Assembly: GCF_009914755.1 (NCBI RefSeq)
Contig: NC_060940.1
DNA from: the human T2T-CHM13v2.0 reference genome, Homo sapiens
DNA: 64,000 bases
Reading direction: 5' to 3' (one strand)
Shown here: in pieces, positions 10,556 through 24,966 of the stretch
Numbering within the stretch: the first letter of the stretch is position 1
Layout of the letters: the number at the start of each line of letters is the position of its first letter
Translations under genes and position numbers: made by a program
The notes under the pieces: model-generated
What the model was told of the DNA's origin: nothing
The model's database searches: none
What the model saw: the letters and a program-made list of their open reading frames with translations, nothing else

Positions 10556-13464
10556 AGTCTCCTTTTTCTGAGCAGCTTTTCATTGGATTTGTATCTTTTC
10601 TCTTTAGAGATTCTTAATGACATAAGGAACAAAGAATTATTATTTTCTAGTTCTCTCTAATTTCCCCTCTTCATAAAATTTTCTGTTCTGGAAAGGATAA
10701 AAAGCAGGAAATTCGGTGTGCAGAAAAATAAAGAAATTGGGCTATTTCAGGTAAACATCAGGTTTCACTTTTCTGAAAATTTATTTCACATAGTATACAT
10801 TCTCTTTCCCAGAAGAGAAATTAGTCAGCTGGAACCTATACAACAAGTCAGATAACGTAGGTGAGAGGATCCATTCACCGGCTATTAAACAAGAGCAAAT
10901 ATTTTACCAACAACTTAAGTGCACTTCACTTTACTTGTGTTTTCTGGTTCCATGTGCCTTACTTTGAAACCTTTATATCAACTTTTGCTCTTAAATCTTT
11001 TTTCATGTAATGTAGGTTTTCTGTATGACACCTGTAAACTCAAAAAGTAAATTAATTCAGAAATCAATGCAGGATTTGTCATTGTTAAAACTGGCAGAAG
11101 GAGAGGGGTTTTCTGTTTGTTTGTTTTTTGTTGTTGTTTTCTTTTGTTTTGTTCCTTTTTAAAATATCTTAAGTCTCAACAGACTTATTCCAACTGTCAG
11201 GCTTTCTTTAAACCAATTGGCCCTCATGTAAATAGTTACTCACCTTTGAAATTTTAACACCCAACAGAAATATAAATCTCAAAAGCTACAAAAAGAAATG
11301 TTGTCCTAAGTTAAGGACAATTGTTTCCCAATATAAACATAAAATAATGATTAGATGTGGAGTACTTCCTCACTCCGCATGTAGATGAGGTTAGAATTAA
11401 GATTGAAAACCCTGAATATACAAAGTCCTTAGGAGCACCAGGTTTACATGTTTTCACTCTCTGCTTCTTAGATTCCTTGGGATTCTATAACAAATCTCTA
11501 GAATTCGCTTAGTGATTCCAAATTCCTAAAAGATATTAATCTTTGGAATTTGATAACGAGAGATCAGAATTCCCAGGAATATTCACGAATTTCTGAAATC
11601 ATACATTCTGTATTGTCATAGCATTTAAAAATATATCTTAAAATAATATAATGAGCAGTTAAAAAAAAGTGAATCTTCTTGTGACAGGATTGTATTAAAT
11701 ATCTCAGGGGAGATTTTGTCAAAAAATATATAGAATATATACATGGTTTTTATTATCAACAAATATGATAAGATTATTTAAATAGTATGTAAAATGAATG
11801 CTGCCTAATATAAATATTTAATAATAAAAAATATGAAAGAAGGGAAACTTATCACTCAATGAATGCAAAATAAAGTAAATTAAACTTAAAATATAATAGC
11901 AGAGATAATTAATATTTAAAAGTTATTATCTTTAAAATTGAAAGTTCAAAATGCACAAAGACCATCTCATAGCCTTAATTTATTTTCTACAACAAAATTT
12001 CCAGACAGAAAAATTCCTTTCATTTTGCATTGATGCTGGTTGAATTACTATAAATTCACCCAAAATCATGTTCATGTTTGAGGATATATGTTATTTCAAT
12101 AAACCTTTACTTTTTTAATGAAAAATATTTTTGTCTACTTGTCTTAATTTTAATTTTTCCATAAAAATATGAACTGCTTTTTCTACTTCAGATTTTAGAT
12201 CAGTTTCTAATTTTATGTTAGAGTATTTCACAGCACATTCATATATTCTTTTTGCATTTATTCTCTAAAAGATTAACATTACATAGTGAGTATTCAAACA
12301 CAGAGAAATCCCAGTGAACATTATTGAGTTGTATTTGAATAAGATAACATGCAGGACTCCTAGAAAGGATAACTGTACTATCCATAAATTTGTGTTTACA
12401 TTATCACTTTAAAAATTTATTTTGCCTCTAAAAGTTGTTACTTTTTGGAACACCACTCAAAGATTTGTTCAAAGCATACTATGAATCTAAAGTAATTAAT
12501 ATTTAACTGATTTGCATGCATAACTCATCTTTGGCAGCCATACATAGTACCATAAACATTCACTTATAACATGGCAACAGCTACGAGGAAGATTAAATTA
12601 CCAGATTGTTATTGCTTATTTCCTATGTACTCCTATCCTGGTTCCCAGAAATGTCCACTTCATTCCTTAATTCCACATATTGATGTTTCAGCTCTTGCTT
12701 TCTACTTGTTACCAAATGAATCATTTAATCCAGTGACGTTTCCATATTGACTGTGAAGCTATTATTTTCAAAGTGTAATTATAATATATATATTTTTAAT
12801 TTTCCTAAATAAACTTTTCCTCAGAAATCAGTGGCACAATAACACAAAAATACAATATTCATGTCATCAGAGCCCCAGAAAAAGAGAGGAAAGAGTTTGA
12901 TGTTTAAAAAAAAAAATGAAGAGAAATAAACACACAGATTCAAGGAGCTCAGTGAAATCTAAGTAAGTCCTCCAAAAATACATGCCTTGAAATATATTCA
13001 AACTGCTGAAAACTGAAGACAATGAAATAAACTTTTTATATAGCCACAGGAAAATAAACTATAAGGAAGAACAGTCCCAATGAATAAAGATTTCTTATCG
13101 CAAACCTAGGAGGCTTAAAAAAGTGACTACTCTTTTATAGTGGTTAAAGAAAAACAAGAAACAAAAAAACAGAAAAAACATGTCAACCCAGAATGCTATG
13201 TCCAGTAAAATTATATTTCAGAAGTGAAGCTGAATAAAGGCATTTTCAGTTTAAGAAAAACTGACAGAATCTGTTACCATCAGTCTTGCTCTCAAATTAT
13301 CAGCAATGGATGTACTCTCTATAGAAAGAAATAATATCAGAAGGAAACTTAGAATGTTAGGAATAAAGAAAGAGCAACAAAATGATAAATATCTTGGGTA
13401 AATATAATAAACCATTCTTCTCCTTTGAGTTCTTTAAAATGTTTGACAGTTGAAACCAAAAATG

Positions 13465-13610
13465 GGCCAGGCCCAGTGCCTCATGTCTGTAATCCCAGAA
13501 CTTTGGGAAGCTGAGGTGGATGGATGACTTGAGCCTAAAAGGTTGAGAACAGCCTGGGCAACATAGTGAGATCTCATCTTTATCTTCTAAAAATAAAAAT
13601 GTAAAAAAAG
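13465..13610 (+). mobile_element. FLAM/AluJ left monomer
   Basis: Single Alu arm with A-rich tail; TSD-like gaaaccaaaaatg / gaaagcaaaaatg. Confidence 0.85.
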
Positions 13611-14012
13611 AAAGCAAAAATGACAATATTATTTGATAAGGTTTTCTCTCTCTATATCTATATAGCTATGATATAAAAATTATAACAAAGAGGAAAGTAA
13701 AGTCATCTGTACGGTGGTGAGGTTTTGATATCTCAATTGAAGTTATAACATGTTGATACTAACTATACTGTAAAAATATTAAGAATCTATATTGTAATCA
13801 TTAGAATAGTTTTAAAAAACATTAAAAAGTTATAATCAATAGAAAAATTAATTGGCAATACTAAAAATATTAAAATATTCCAAAAATGTAGGAAAGTAGA
13901 AAGAAAAAAAGAGATAACACAGAAAACCAGTAATAAAATTATAGATTTGATCCAAACATATCAAAAATGTAAAGTATCTAAATATAACAAAAGAAAGAGA
14001 TTGTGAGGATCA

Positions 14013-14351
14013 ATTTTATTTTATTTTTATTTTAAATTTTTAATTTTTTTATTGTTTTGAAACATAGTCTCACTCTGTCACTCAGGCTGCAGTGTAGTAA
14101 TACAATCATTGCCTATTGCATCCTTGAACTCTTGGGCTCAAGTGACCCTCCCACCTCAGCCTCGCCAGTAAGTGGGACTACAGGCATGTACCACCACACC
14201 TGGCTAATCTTTTTAAAAAAAATTTTTTGGTAGAGACGCAATCTCCCTGTGTTTCCCAGGTTGTTCGCAAACTCCTGGCTTCAAGCAATCCTCCCACCTT
14301 GACATCCCAAAGTGTTAGGATCACAGGCATAATAAGTCACTGTGCCTAGCC
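14013..14351 (-). mobile_element. AluJ
   Basis: Diverged full-length antisense Alu with 'gggctcaagtga'. Confidence 0.9.
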
Positions 14352-14415
14352 CAAGAATGGATGCTAAAATAAAGATATGACCCAACCATATGCTATGTAT
14401 GAGAAATTCACTTCA

Positions 14416-14710
14416 GGTCAGAAACAGTGGCTCATGTCTGTAATCCTGGCACTTTGGGAGGCCGAGGCGAGGGATCACTTGAGTCCAGGAGTTCGAGACC
14501 TGCCTTGGCAACATGGTGAAATCCCATCTCTACAAAAAAATTAACCAAGCATGGTAGCATGGTAGTACGTGCCTGTAATCTCAGCTACTCAGGAAGCTAA
14601 GGTGGGAGGATCACCTGAGCCAAGGAGTTTGAGGCTGCACCACTGCAGTCTAGCCTGGGTGACAGAACAAGACTCTGTCTCAAAAGAAAAAAAAAAGAAA
14701 AGAAAAAATA
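14416..14710 (+). mobile_element. AluJ with a small internal deletion
   Basis: 'ggatcacttgagtccaggagttcgag'; TSD-like aaattcacttca / aaattccctcca. Confidence 0.9.
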
Positions 14711-14923
14711 AATTCCCTCCAAATATAATGCTATAAGTCAAATAAAAGTAAAAAACTAACAGAAAAAAAAATAAAGACATACTATGCAATGCTAATCCCG
14801 AGAAAGACGGAGTAGTTACCTTTATATCAGAAAAGAAGACTTCTAGTCAAAGAAAAGTACTAGAAATAAAAAGAGGCATGGCAAATAATAAAAGAATCGA
14901 TTCTCTAAGAATAAAAAATTATT

Positions 14924-15225
14924 GCCGTGCGCGGTAGCTCAGCCTGTAATCCCAGCACTTTGGAAGGCCGAGGAGGGCAGATCACAAGGTCACATCAAGA
15001 CCATCCTGGCTAACACGGTGAAACCCCGTCTCTACTACAAAATACAAAAAATTAGCCGGGCCTGTTGGTGGGCGCCTGCAGTTCCAGCTACTCAGGAGGC
15101 TGAGGCAAGAGAATGGCGCGAACCCGGGAGGCGGAGCTTGCAGTGAGCCGAGATCGCGCCACTGCACTCCAGGATGGGAGACAGAGTGAGACTCCGTCTC
15201 AAAAAAAAAAAAAAAAAAAAAAGAA
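14924..15225 (+). mobile_element. AluY
   Basis: Diagnostic 'accatcctggctaacacgg' and 'gcggagcttgcag'; TSD aagaataaaa(a/c)attatt. Confidence 0.93.
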
Positions 15226-15635
15226 AGAATAAAACATTATTATACCTCTCTATAGAGCTTTAGAATATACAAGCATAATCTGACCAAAATGAAAAAAGAA
15301 ATAGATTAATCCACAATAATTAGAGATGTAAATTCTTTCACTTAGTAAAAAGAAAAATTAATATTAACAAAATCAATATTAGCATAAGAAAACTGAGCAA
15401 TACCACTGATCAACTGACTCTAATTGATATTTATACAGCATTTGACTGAACAACAAAACAATATGCATACAAGTATACATGGAACATGCACCGAGAAAGA
15501 TAATATCTTGGGTAATAAAACTAATCTTAATATTTTTTAAATAATAGAAATTATATGTTATGTTATTGGATTACAGTAAAATTTAATAAGAAAGCAGTAA
15601 CAATCATTTACCTTATTAAAGCCTTATATTGACAC

Positions 15636-15945
<310 letters not shown>

Positions 15946-16409
15946 TAAAGCAGGTTTCCATGCAGTACATAAAATCTCAAAAATCTCCTACAAAATATTA
16001 CTGAATAAATAATATTTGATAACATAAATAATATTGATAAAACAGAATTCTATATATATAATTATGTATATATAGAATTCTATATATAGGATTAAATATA
16101 TATATTTAAATAAACCTATAACCAACTGTGGTTTTTCACAAGAATGAAAGTCTTGTTTAATATGTGAAAAAAAAATCTCACTATCTAAACAGTCTAATGA
16201 AGAAAATCCACATGATCATACAAATTCATGCAGAAAAAGTAATTGACAAAATTCAACATCTATCTGAATGAAAATTCACAGAAAACTATAAATAGAACTT
16301 CCTCAACTTGATAAAAGCCTATTTTGAGAGCTACAAGCTAAAATGGGATTCTAGTGCCAGAGAGATTAGCAACCCTGTCTTAACGAAAAATGAATAGAAG
16401 CTGAGCATG

Positions 16410-17050
16410 TGTGTTTACTGTGTCCTTCATGAAATACTTCTTTTACCTGACTGATGGCCTAACGCCTAGTTGTCCTGCTAATGACCAGGGGTCCCTCACC
16501 CAGAAAACTTGATTATGTTGGCAGATGCCCTTGAGGCTCTTGTCTGACATGTGTCCTGATATGTGTCCAGTTACATGCCTAACATATTGTCTGATATGTG
16601 TCCAGTTATGCCTGCCTAACAGTTGCTTTAGCACTGGGGCCCTGCCTTGTGTTCTCCCTGACATGCCAGGGTAAACCTAGCTTGGGGATGGCCCCTAGTT
16701 CTTCAGATGGAAAGTGAAAATTCAATACACTACCACAATAGAAAAAACATTCAAATATTTTTCCCTACAGATTCTGAGCCGGCAGGGCACAATGTGCTGG
16801 GAGGGCAAACCTCAGGGTTACTAGGTTACATGAGGCAGGAATGAAGTGTCAGGAAGAGGGAGAGAGAGTGAGAGAGAGAGCATTGCAAATAGCAAAATAC
16901 ATACATAGAGAATAGGATGTGGGTCACTTTAAATTTGAAGGCAAATGCTTAAATGGCCCCTTTGGAGGAAGCAGCAGCAAAGCGAGGAGCCCAGTCTGCT
17001 AGGTGGGAAAGATGTCTCTAAGTTCTTATCTCTGGCCATAGATTTGGTAT
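16410..17050. mobile_element. Probable ERVL LTR fragment (MER74/MER54-like)
   Basis: GC-richer insert in the L1 containing 'ggcagatgcccttgaggctcttgtctgac...tgtgtccagtt'; family recalled from memory. Confidence 0.5.
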
Positions 17051-17290
17051 TCTATTTCTAATATCTAGGCAGTAGATATTAGAAATTTAGACATTTCTAA
17101 ATTTGCTGTGGCATTCTTATTACAAGGGCACCTACAAGAAAAACTATAGCTAACTTTATACTTAATTATGAAAGACAAAATTATTTCCCCCTAAGTTCAA
17201 GAACAAGGTAAGGATGTCTAGTCCCATTAATATGTCATTCCTATTAAACAGGAAGCTCTAGCTAGTGCAATAAGACAAGATATACTTTTA

Positions 17291-17605
<315 letters not shown>

Positions 17606-18924
17606 TTAAAAAGGCATACAGATTTGGAATGAAGAACTAAAACTGCCACTGTTTGCAGGTGACATGATTGCCTAAGTAGAAAATCCTAAGGAACATAGAA
17701 ACAAAATAAAACAATAAAATAATAAAATCTTTCAGGATTATTAAGTGACTTTAGCAAAGTGGAAGATGCATGACTAAAACACAAAAATCTACATTTCAAT
17801 GTACTACCAAAGCAATTTATCAATATAGATGTAAGTTTAAAAATGTAAATATTTAAAATACTTCTAAAAAAGATTTAAATTAGCTCCAAAATAAAATACT
17901 CATTAATAAATTTATAAAACAGATTTAGAAACTATATTCTGAAAAGTTCAAGACACATGAAACAAATCAAAGAAGACCTTAATAAATAAAGATGCATACC
18001 ATTTTCATGGATTGGAGACTCAAATTGGTAAAAATGTCATCCGTCCCATATTTTTTTGCAAATTTAATTTAATTTCAATAGAATCCCAGCAAGATATTTT
18101 TATTGACTTAGAGAAGCTCATTCTAAAATTTATTTCAGAAAGCAATGGAACTAGAAGAAGCAAAACAACTTTGAAAAGAAAAATAATAAAGTTAAAGGAA
18201 TCATCTTACCCAACTTAAAAATTTTTTTTAATTTAACATTTTTTAAAAGATACTGTTAAAAAATTAAATGATTAGCTATGGAATGAGAAAATACATATTC
18301 AAATCACATGTCTGACTTAAAGACTTGTATCCAGAATATATAACAAAGTCTCAAAACTAAATAACTAGGAAGAAAACAAATGGGTCATTAGTAAATGGCC
18401 AAAAAACTTGAATAGATAATTCACCAAAAAGGGTTATGGTTGTCAAAAAAGCATATTTAAAAGATGTTCAATTTGTTAGTCATTAGAAATATGCAAGTTA
18501 AAAACATGCCATACCACTGCACATCTATTAGAAAAGCCATGAAAAATACTGTGAGTATCAATTGCACACAAGGATGTGGAGTAAGTTGAACTCTTGTATG
18601 TTATATATGTAGAGAACTGCTGAACATTCTTAAGCAATAGCAGATTCCCCATCTATTGTCTAAATAGCTTTAAAACAAAACAAAACTTAAAAATATTGTT
18701 AATGTAGAGAATCTTAAAATATTATCAGATTCTTTCAAATATTTACATGTCATTTCATTTAATTCCTCTATTTTATCTCTAACAAAATTGATGTGGTCTT
18801 CTGAATTTGTTTGCCTGTATGTGTTTGTTTTGCTTGTTATCTTGCCTTTGAGAAATGGAAATACAGAAACATCAATAATACATTAAAAGAGATTAAAGAA
18901 AAATAAAATATTTTATATTTCTAT

Positions 18925-19400
18925 TTATTTATTCCATAAACACTTAGTAGCACACACCCTATCCCCAGCAAGATGTTAGTCACTAGGAATTAAGACAACA
19001 AACAAATAAAAACCAGTCAGAATGCCTGCCTTCAAAGGGCTCTTTGTCTCATAAAAGACACCAAAACGTAAGTCTATGATTAAAGTATACTGTGGTTTGG
19101 GTTACAGTAGAATTATCCACAAAATTTGGTAGATACACAGAAAACGGACCCAAAATATAGCCTCGAGGTATTTTTGAGACTTGGAAGATGAGTAGGAGTG
19201 AGCTAACAGAACACCACAGGAAGGCTATATATGCCAAGCCCAGGAAACGTGCTCAGATTTTTGTAAGTGTGGCACATTCAAGAAAGTGCAATTAATTTCA
19301 TATGGTGAATGTATGGAGAAGTGGGAAGAGAGAGGAACCTGAATAAGACAGCTGGAGCCAGTAGATAATGGAACTTGTGCTTCATGTCAGGGAGAGCAAA
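18925..19400. mobile_element. L2 relic
   Basis: Diverged L2 3'-end-like 'attccataaacacttagtagcac...cctgccttcaaagggctc'. Confidence 0.5.
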
Positions 19401-19904
19401 TCTAATGCTTTGGTTCTGCCTTTTATTAGCTCTAAAACCTAATCAACATCTTTGGAAATTCAGTGTGCAAAACTAGATTAAAACTATAGCTTTCTAGTTA
19501 TGGGTGTGAGGAGAACTGTCAAAACGGTAAAACCAACAACATTTCTAGCTGGTATCCCCGGAGTATCCTCCCTAGCCAAAGTTTGGAAAATACTGCAGGA
19601 ATAATTGGGTAGTAACAATGGGACTTCAGAAGATAAATGGTAATATCAGATTTATAATTTGGAGAGAATAGTATACATAAACAAGGGCAGTATTCACAGA
19701 GAGGGAAATCTCTGAAAAAGACAAAATTAAAAGCACCCTTTGGATTTAAGTGATCACCAATGTATGCCATTGTAACATGTAGTGGGCATGTGGGTGCCAC
19801 AATATGAGACATTTTACATGGAGTGCCTAAAGGAAGTTTTCCAACTTTATGGCAATACAGAAGAGAGCTGACCTAAAATGTTAATAATTACACTCTGAGT
19901 TAAC

Positions 19905-20684
19905 ATCACACTCTGAGAATAACACACCGTTTTTTACCACAGCACACTTCTGTGACTCCTGGTCACCAAAATGTATGGAGATTCATCCCCACCACTAATC
20001 AATCAATTCTGCAGCAGATTCTCCAGAGGACATAAGTTAGGTGTCCTCTAATTCAATTCAATTCTCACACTACCTGCCGAGAGATAGCATCAGATCCAAT
20101 AAGTTGAGGGCTCAGGCCCACAAGATTGCCCTTCAATTCAGATGCCAGTCGCAACCACAGATTTTGTCTATGCTTCTGACTGACTGGCTATAAATCGAGG
20201 CTCCCACCACCCCCTCCTGGGGTTCAATTAATTTGCTAGTAAGCCTCACAGAACTCAGGGAAACAAGTACTTACTTCTGTTTACTGGTTTATTATAAAGA
20301 ATACAGATGAACAATCATTGCACAGAGCTAGGTATGTGGGAAGGGGCGCAGAACTTCCCTGTCCTATCACCCTCCAGAAACATCCATGTGTTCAACTATC
20401 CAGAAGCCAATGATAACGTCATTGGCCATTGGTGATCAGTTCAACCTTCAGCCCCTTTCCTCTCCACAGAGGTTCAGGTATGGGGCTGAAAGTCCCAACT
20501 CTCCAATCATGCCTTGTTTTTTTTGGTAACCAAGCCTCATCTTGAAGCTATCTAGGGATCCCCAGCCACCAGTCATCTCATTAGCATGCAAAAAACACTC
20601 GTCACCCTTGAAAGTCCAAGGATTTTAGGAGCTGTATGTTAGAAAACTGGGAAGAAGACCAAATATATCATTCACAATATTACA
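19905..20684 (-). mobile_element. MER21-family LTR
   Basis: 'ttaatttgctag...cacagaactcagggaaaca'; ends 'gaagaccaaatatatcattcacaatattaca'. Confidence 0.75.
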
Positions 20685-21127
20685 TACACACGTTCTTTAT
20701 CAGAACACATTGATCATAACAAATTGTTTAATGAATAATATACTGCAAATTTTTATCTAGAAGGAGAAATATCAGCTATTTCAACAATTCCTAATCAGGG
20801 TTTCTCTGTGTTCTGCAGGAATATTCATGTATTGCAAGTTCCCCAGGGATATGTATGCACATTTGAATTTGATGAGCTCTAAGTCTAGACTGTCACCTGG
20901 TTGAGAGCTCAGTCTCTGTCTTATACATTCAAACATTGCATATGTCTCTTACAGTGTTAAATGGAAGAACAGATTTGGGTAATATTTGCAGTTTTAACTT
21001 TTACAAATAATGGAAATGAGATTGAGAGAGGTTGTGAGGCTTGTCTAAAGTCACATAGTCCTGCAAAGTTCTCCTGAGATTCAAACTAGGTTACGTTACC
21101 TGATACAATGACCAAGGAATCCACTAA

Positions 21128-21849
21128 TGAAACTGTCTTTGCAAAATTATGATAATAAGAGAAATCCGATATGACTGACTCCATCTTGCTTTTAGCCTCA
21201 CAGGTTGGCTGTCTTTGCTCATGCATGGGCATGGGGCAAGCTAATTTGGGAAAAAATTTAGTATATAGTTTAAATGATAATAGCACTTTCCAAAAGCTAA
21301 ACTGCCCTTGTAAAACTAAGAAAGGCCACCAAGTTAAGAAGATGAGAGGGACCTGAATTTTACTAAGATGTAGGTGTAGTCAAATGATTACTAACAATAC
21401 AAATAATTTATTCCAGAGGTCACAAGATTTACAACTTCCTCAATTACTCCTGCAGGTAACATCACTATTCCTAATATTGGCCTTATGAGATGTCTTTTTA
21501 GATCTTTGCATTTATGAAAACCAGATGGCCCTACTTGGACTCGCTGACCGGTCCTATGGCCCCCACCCAGGAACCAACACAGTGCAAGAAGACAGCTTTG
21601 ACTCCCTATGATTTCATCTCCAACCCAACCAATCAGTACTCCCCACTCGCTGGACTCCTACCAACCAAACTATCTGAAAAATTCCTAACTTCTGGGCCTC
21701 TGGGGAGACTGATTTGAGTAATAACTCTTGCCTTTTGCTTGGCGTGGCCCCACCTTATGTCAATTACACTCTCTTTATTGCAATGCCATGGTCTCTGTGA
21801 ATTGATCTGCTTTGTGCAGTGGATGGAAGGAACTCTTTAGGTGGTTACA
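21128..21849 (+). mobile_element. LTR8A/B-type solo LTR (ERV1)
   Basis: TG...CA termini; 'tgaaactgtctttgcaaaattat...gactgactccatcttgc'; 4-bp TSD CTAA. Confidence 0.88.
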
Positions 21850-23459
21850 CTAATATTTGTATTTACACACCCCCCAACCCAGAGACCCTGTTCTGTATTC
21901 CCCTGTGGATATTTCAAGTTTTTCATGGGGACAATGTATACTTAGATGAAAAGATTACTTTTAAGAATTAATACATAGTGAATAATGCTGTTTGAGTTTA
22001 TTTTTGTTGTTGTTTTTTGAAAAACACTCAAGGGTGGTAAGGTGTATGTGTGTGTATGATAGGGGTAGGATATCAAGGCAAGGGAAATGACCTCCTCTCA
22101 AATTGTCATTTGCCAACAGTTTCAAGTTCTGTTCATATCTAATCTAATTGCTTACTGCAACTGAAGCCCAGAATGATAATTCCAATTTTACATAATGCTT
22201 TCCCTTTGGTCTCTTGAGGAGGTGCAAAGGATTTTTGAGAGTGAGAATAACCGGATGTCCAAAAGAAGCAGGAGATATACCAAAGGGGTGAACCCAAAGG
22301 ATTTGAAGAATCTAACCAAGAGAAGACTCTTTTTAGTGAGTTGATTTTTTAATGTGCAGATGTGGACTAATAATTCCCTTTTATATCCTAATTAGGGTGT
22401 GAAGCTCCCTGGGGCTCTCAACAGCTCTTGGCCATTTGTTCTGCTGTACCTGAGAGTAAGTGCTGAGATTTTTTTCTGATTCAAGTCAGATTGACAGAGC
22501 ATCTCCAAAAAATCCCCTGACCTGTTTAGAGTAAGGTGATAAATAATTAAGATGTTGGGAGAGATAGAAAGACTTTTACCTTGCCTGATCCTTTCGAAAG
22601 GCAGTGGGTTTTCAGATTGTAAGGCTCTGTGAGAATGTTCTAATGTTCTTTTCTGATGACTTAGACCTAAGAGAGAATCAGTAGGAAGTAAAGCAATTAT
22701 ACTCATTGTGTAACTTAATGACACAATGTAATGTGTCTGCTAAATGGATGTAAATATATGTGGGTTATTAAAGCAAGGTTATGGATCTGAAGAAAGCAAT
22801 AACCAAACTTTACAACATTTATGACAATATTCAACAAGCTAATATTAAACAGACTTTTAAGGAGTTTCAAGCAACTTCATGTAATAGATGGAATTAACGA
22901 AAAAGAAACGGCAGCTCCAAGGAGTATCAATCCAATCAATCTTTTTCTCATTTTGTAATAATTTATTTGTATTTTTCTCCCAGACACTGTGAACATATGT
23001 GTTTATTTCTGCTTTGACATATTGGAACTCATTACCAAGCGGCTTTTTTTCTAAATATCCTCTGAAATATTTACACAAATTATAGACTTAAAACAATACT
23101 GCTTGTAAATTAACTTCTATTTTATTATTATTTTTCCTGTACTTAAGTCCAAGTGAATTCTAATCTCAGCATCTAATTGTGCTTCTGTTAATGGAGATAG
23201 GAAGAAGATCTCAAGGTTTAGAGCTCCCCATATGTGCTGTAAATTTGACATTTGTTTCAAAATACTGTTTTTGACACATATGCAGCACATAAACAATTTG
23301 TAGGATAATGTGACCTCCTTACATATTGATAGCATTCACTATTGCTGATATTATGGAGTGTTGATACCATACACTTGCTCTATGACAAACTGAGATTTTT
23401 ACTTTTAATGTAATCCACAAGTAAAGAAAGTACTATAAAATTGTGGATTCTTAAAGTTT

Positions 23460-24345
23460 GTTTTAATGGTGAAAAAGATGTACAACATAAAATTTACCAT
23501 TTTATTCATTTTAAGTGTATAGTTTGAGGGCTTTAGGTATAATCGCATTGCTGTGTCACCATCTCCATCATCTACCTTCAGAACATTTTAGCTTTTAAAA
23601 CTAAAACTCTGCACCCATCAAACATTCCACCTTCTCCCTATCTCCTGACAACCCCTATTCTAATTCCAGTCCTTATGATTTTGACTACTCTAGGTAACTC
23701 AGGTAAGTGGAATTGTAGAGTATTTGTCTTTTTGTGCCTGGCTTATTTCACTTAGCACAATGTCCTCAGGGTTTATCCATGTTGCATATGTCACAATCTA
23801 ATTTCTTTTTGAGGCTGAATAATAGTCTACTGTCTGCATTTACCACATCTTGTTCATCCATTCATCTGTTATGATGAACATTTGTGTTGTTTACACATTT
23901 TGACTAATGCAAATAATGCTGCTATGGACAAGGGTGTACAACATATGTGTTGGAGTTCTTATTTTTTTAATTTGGTTATATACCCAGAAGTAGGATTCCT
24001 GCAACATTTTGTAATTCTATGTATAATTTTTGAGGAATGGCCATATCATTTTTTTGCAGTTACTGCCCCATTTTAGATTCCCACCAACAATGCAGAGGGC
24101 TCCAATTTCTCCATATCCTTGCCAACACTTATTATGTTTTGTTTTGTTTTAAGTAAATCCATGCTAATGATGTGAACTGATACGTCACTGTGGTTTTGAC
24201 TCGCATTTCCCTTATGATTAGTGGTGTTCAGCATCCATCTTTTCCTGTATCCATTGACTATTTGTCTATCTTTAGAGAAATGTTTATTCAAATTCCTTGA
24301 CAATTTTAAAAAAATAACCTTGGGGTTTTTGTTGTTATTGAGTAA
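23460..24345 (-). mobile_element. L1MB 3' end
   Basis: 'aacataaaatttaccatttta...ttcccaccaacaatgcagaggg...ttagagaaatgtttattcaa'. Confidence 0.88.
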
Positions 24346-24608
24346 AATTATGTTCTTAATTGGATTTTACCCCATTTTAGTGTTTGTAAATTCATGGCTT
24401 TGAATTTTATTCAAGTGTCTTTACAACAATAAATGAGGTTTCGCTACATAAATTTTCATGGGTTGCCTCTTAGCATCATTCAGCATGGATTTACACAATT
24501 TACTAAATGCACCGGCCCATAACATAATTTAAGCTGAGCTGAACTGTTGTCTGCAGATTCATAGAAAAATGAAATAAGATCAAAAGAGCCAGTCCAGGTA
24601 CCAGGTAC

Positions 24609-24873
24609 TTTTTTTTTTTTTTTTGAGATGGAGTCTTGCCCTGTCGCCCAGGCTAGAGTGCAATGGCATGGTCTTGGCTCACTGCAACCTCCGCCTTCAG
24701 GGTTCAAATGATTCTCCTGTCCACCACCACGCCCAGCTAATTTTTTGTATTTTTGGTAGAGACGGTGTTTCACCATGTTGGCCAGGCTGGTCTCGAACTC
24801 CTAGCCTTGTGACCCACCCTCCTCAGCCTCCGAAAGTGCTGGGATTACAAGGCATGAGCCACCACGCCTGGCC
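24609..24873 (-). mobile_element. AluS with a ~30-bp internal deletion
   Basis: 'gattctcctgtccaccacc' lacks the cctcagcctcc...gattacagg segment; TSD caggtactt. Confidence 0.9.
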
Positions 24874-24966
24874 CAGGTACTTCTTATAATCCACAGTTTA
24901 CTCCAAAGGAGCTAAAAGAAAGCTACTAATTATTAGTTGTGTCTTACAAAAATAAAGAGTTGATGT

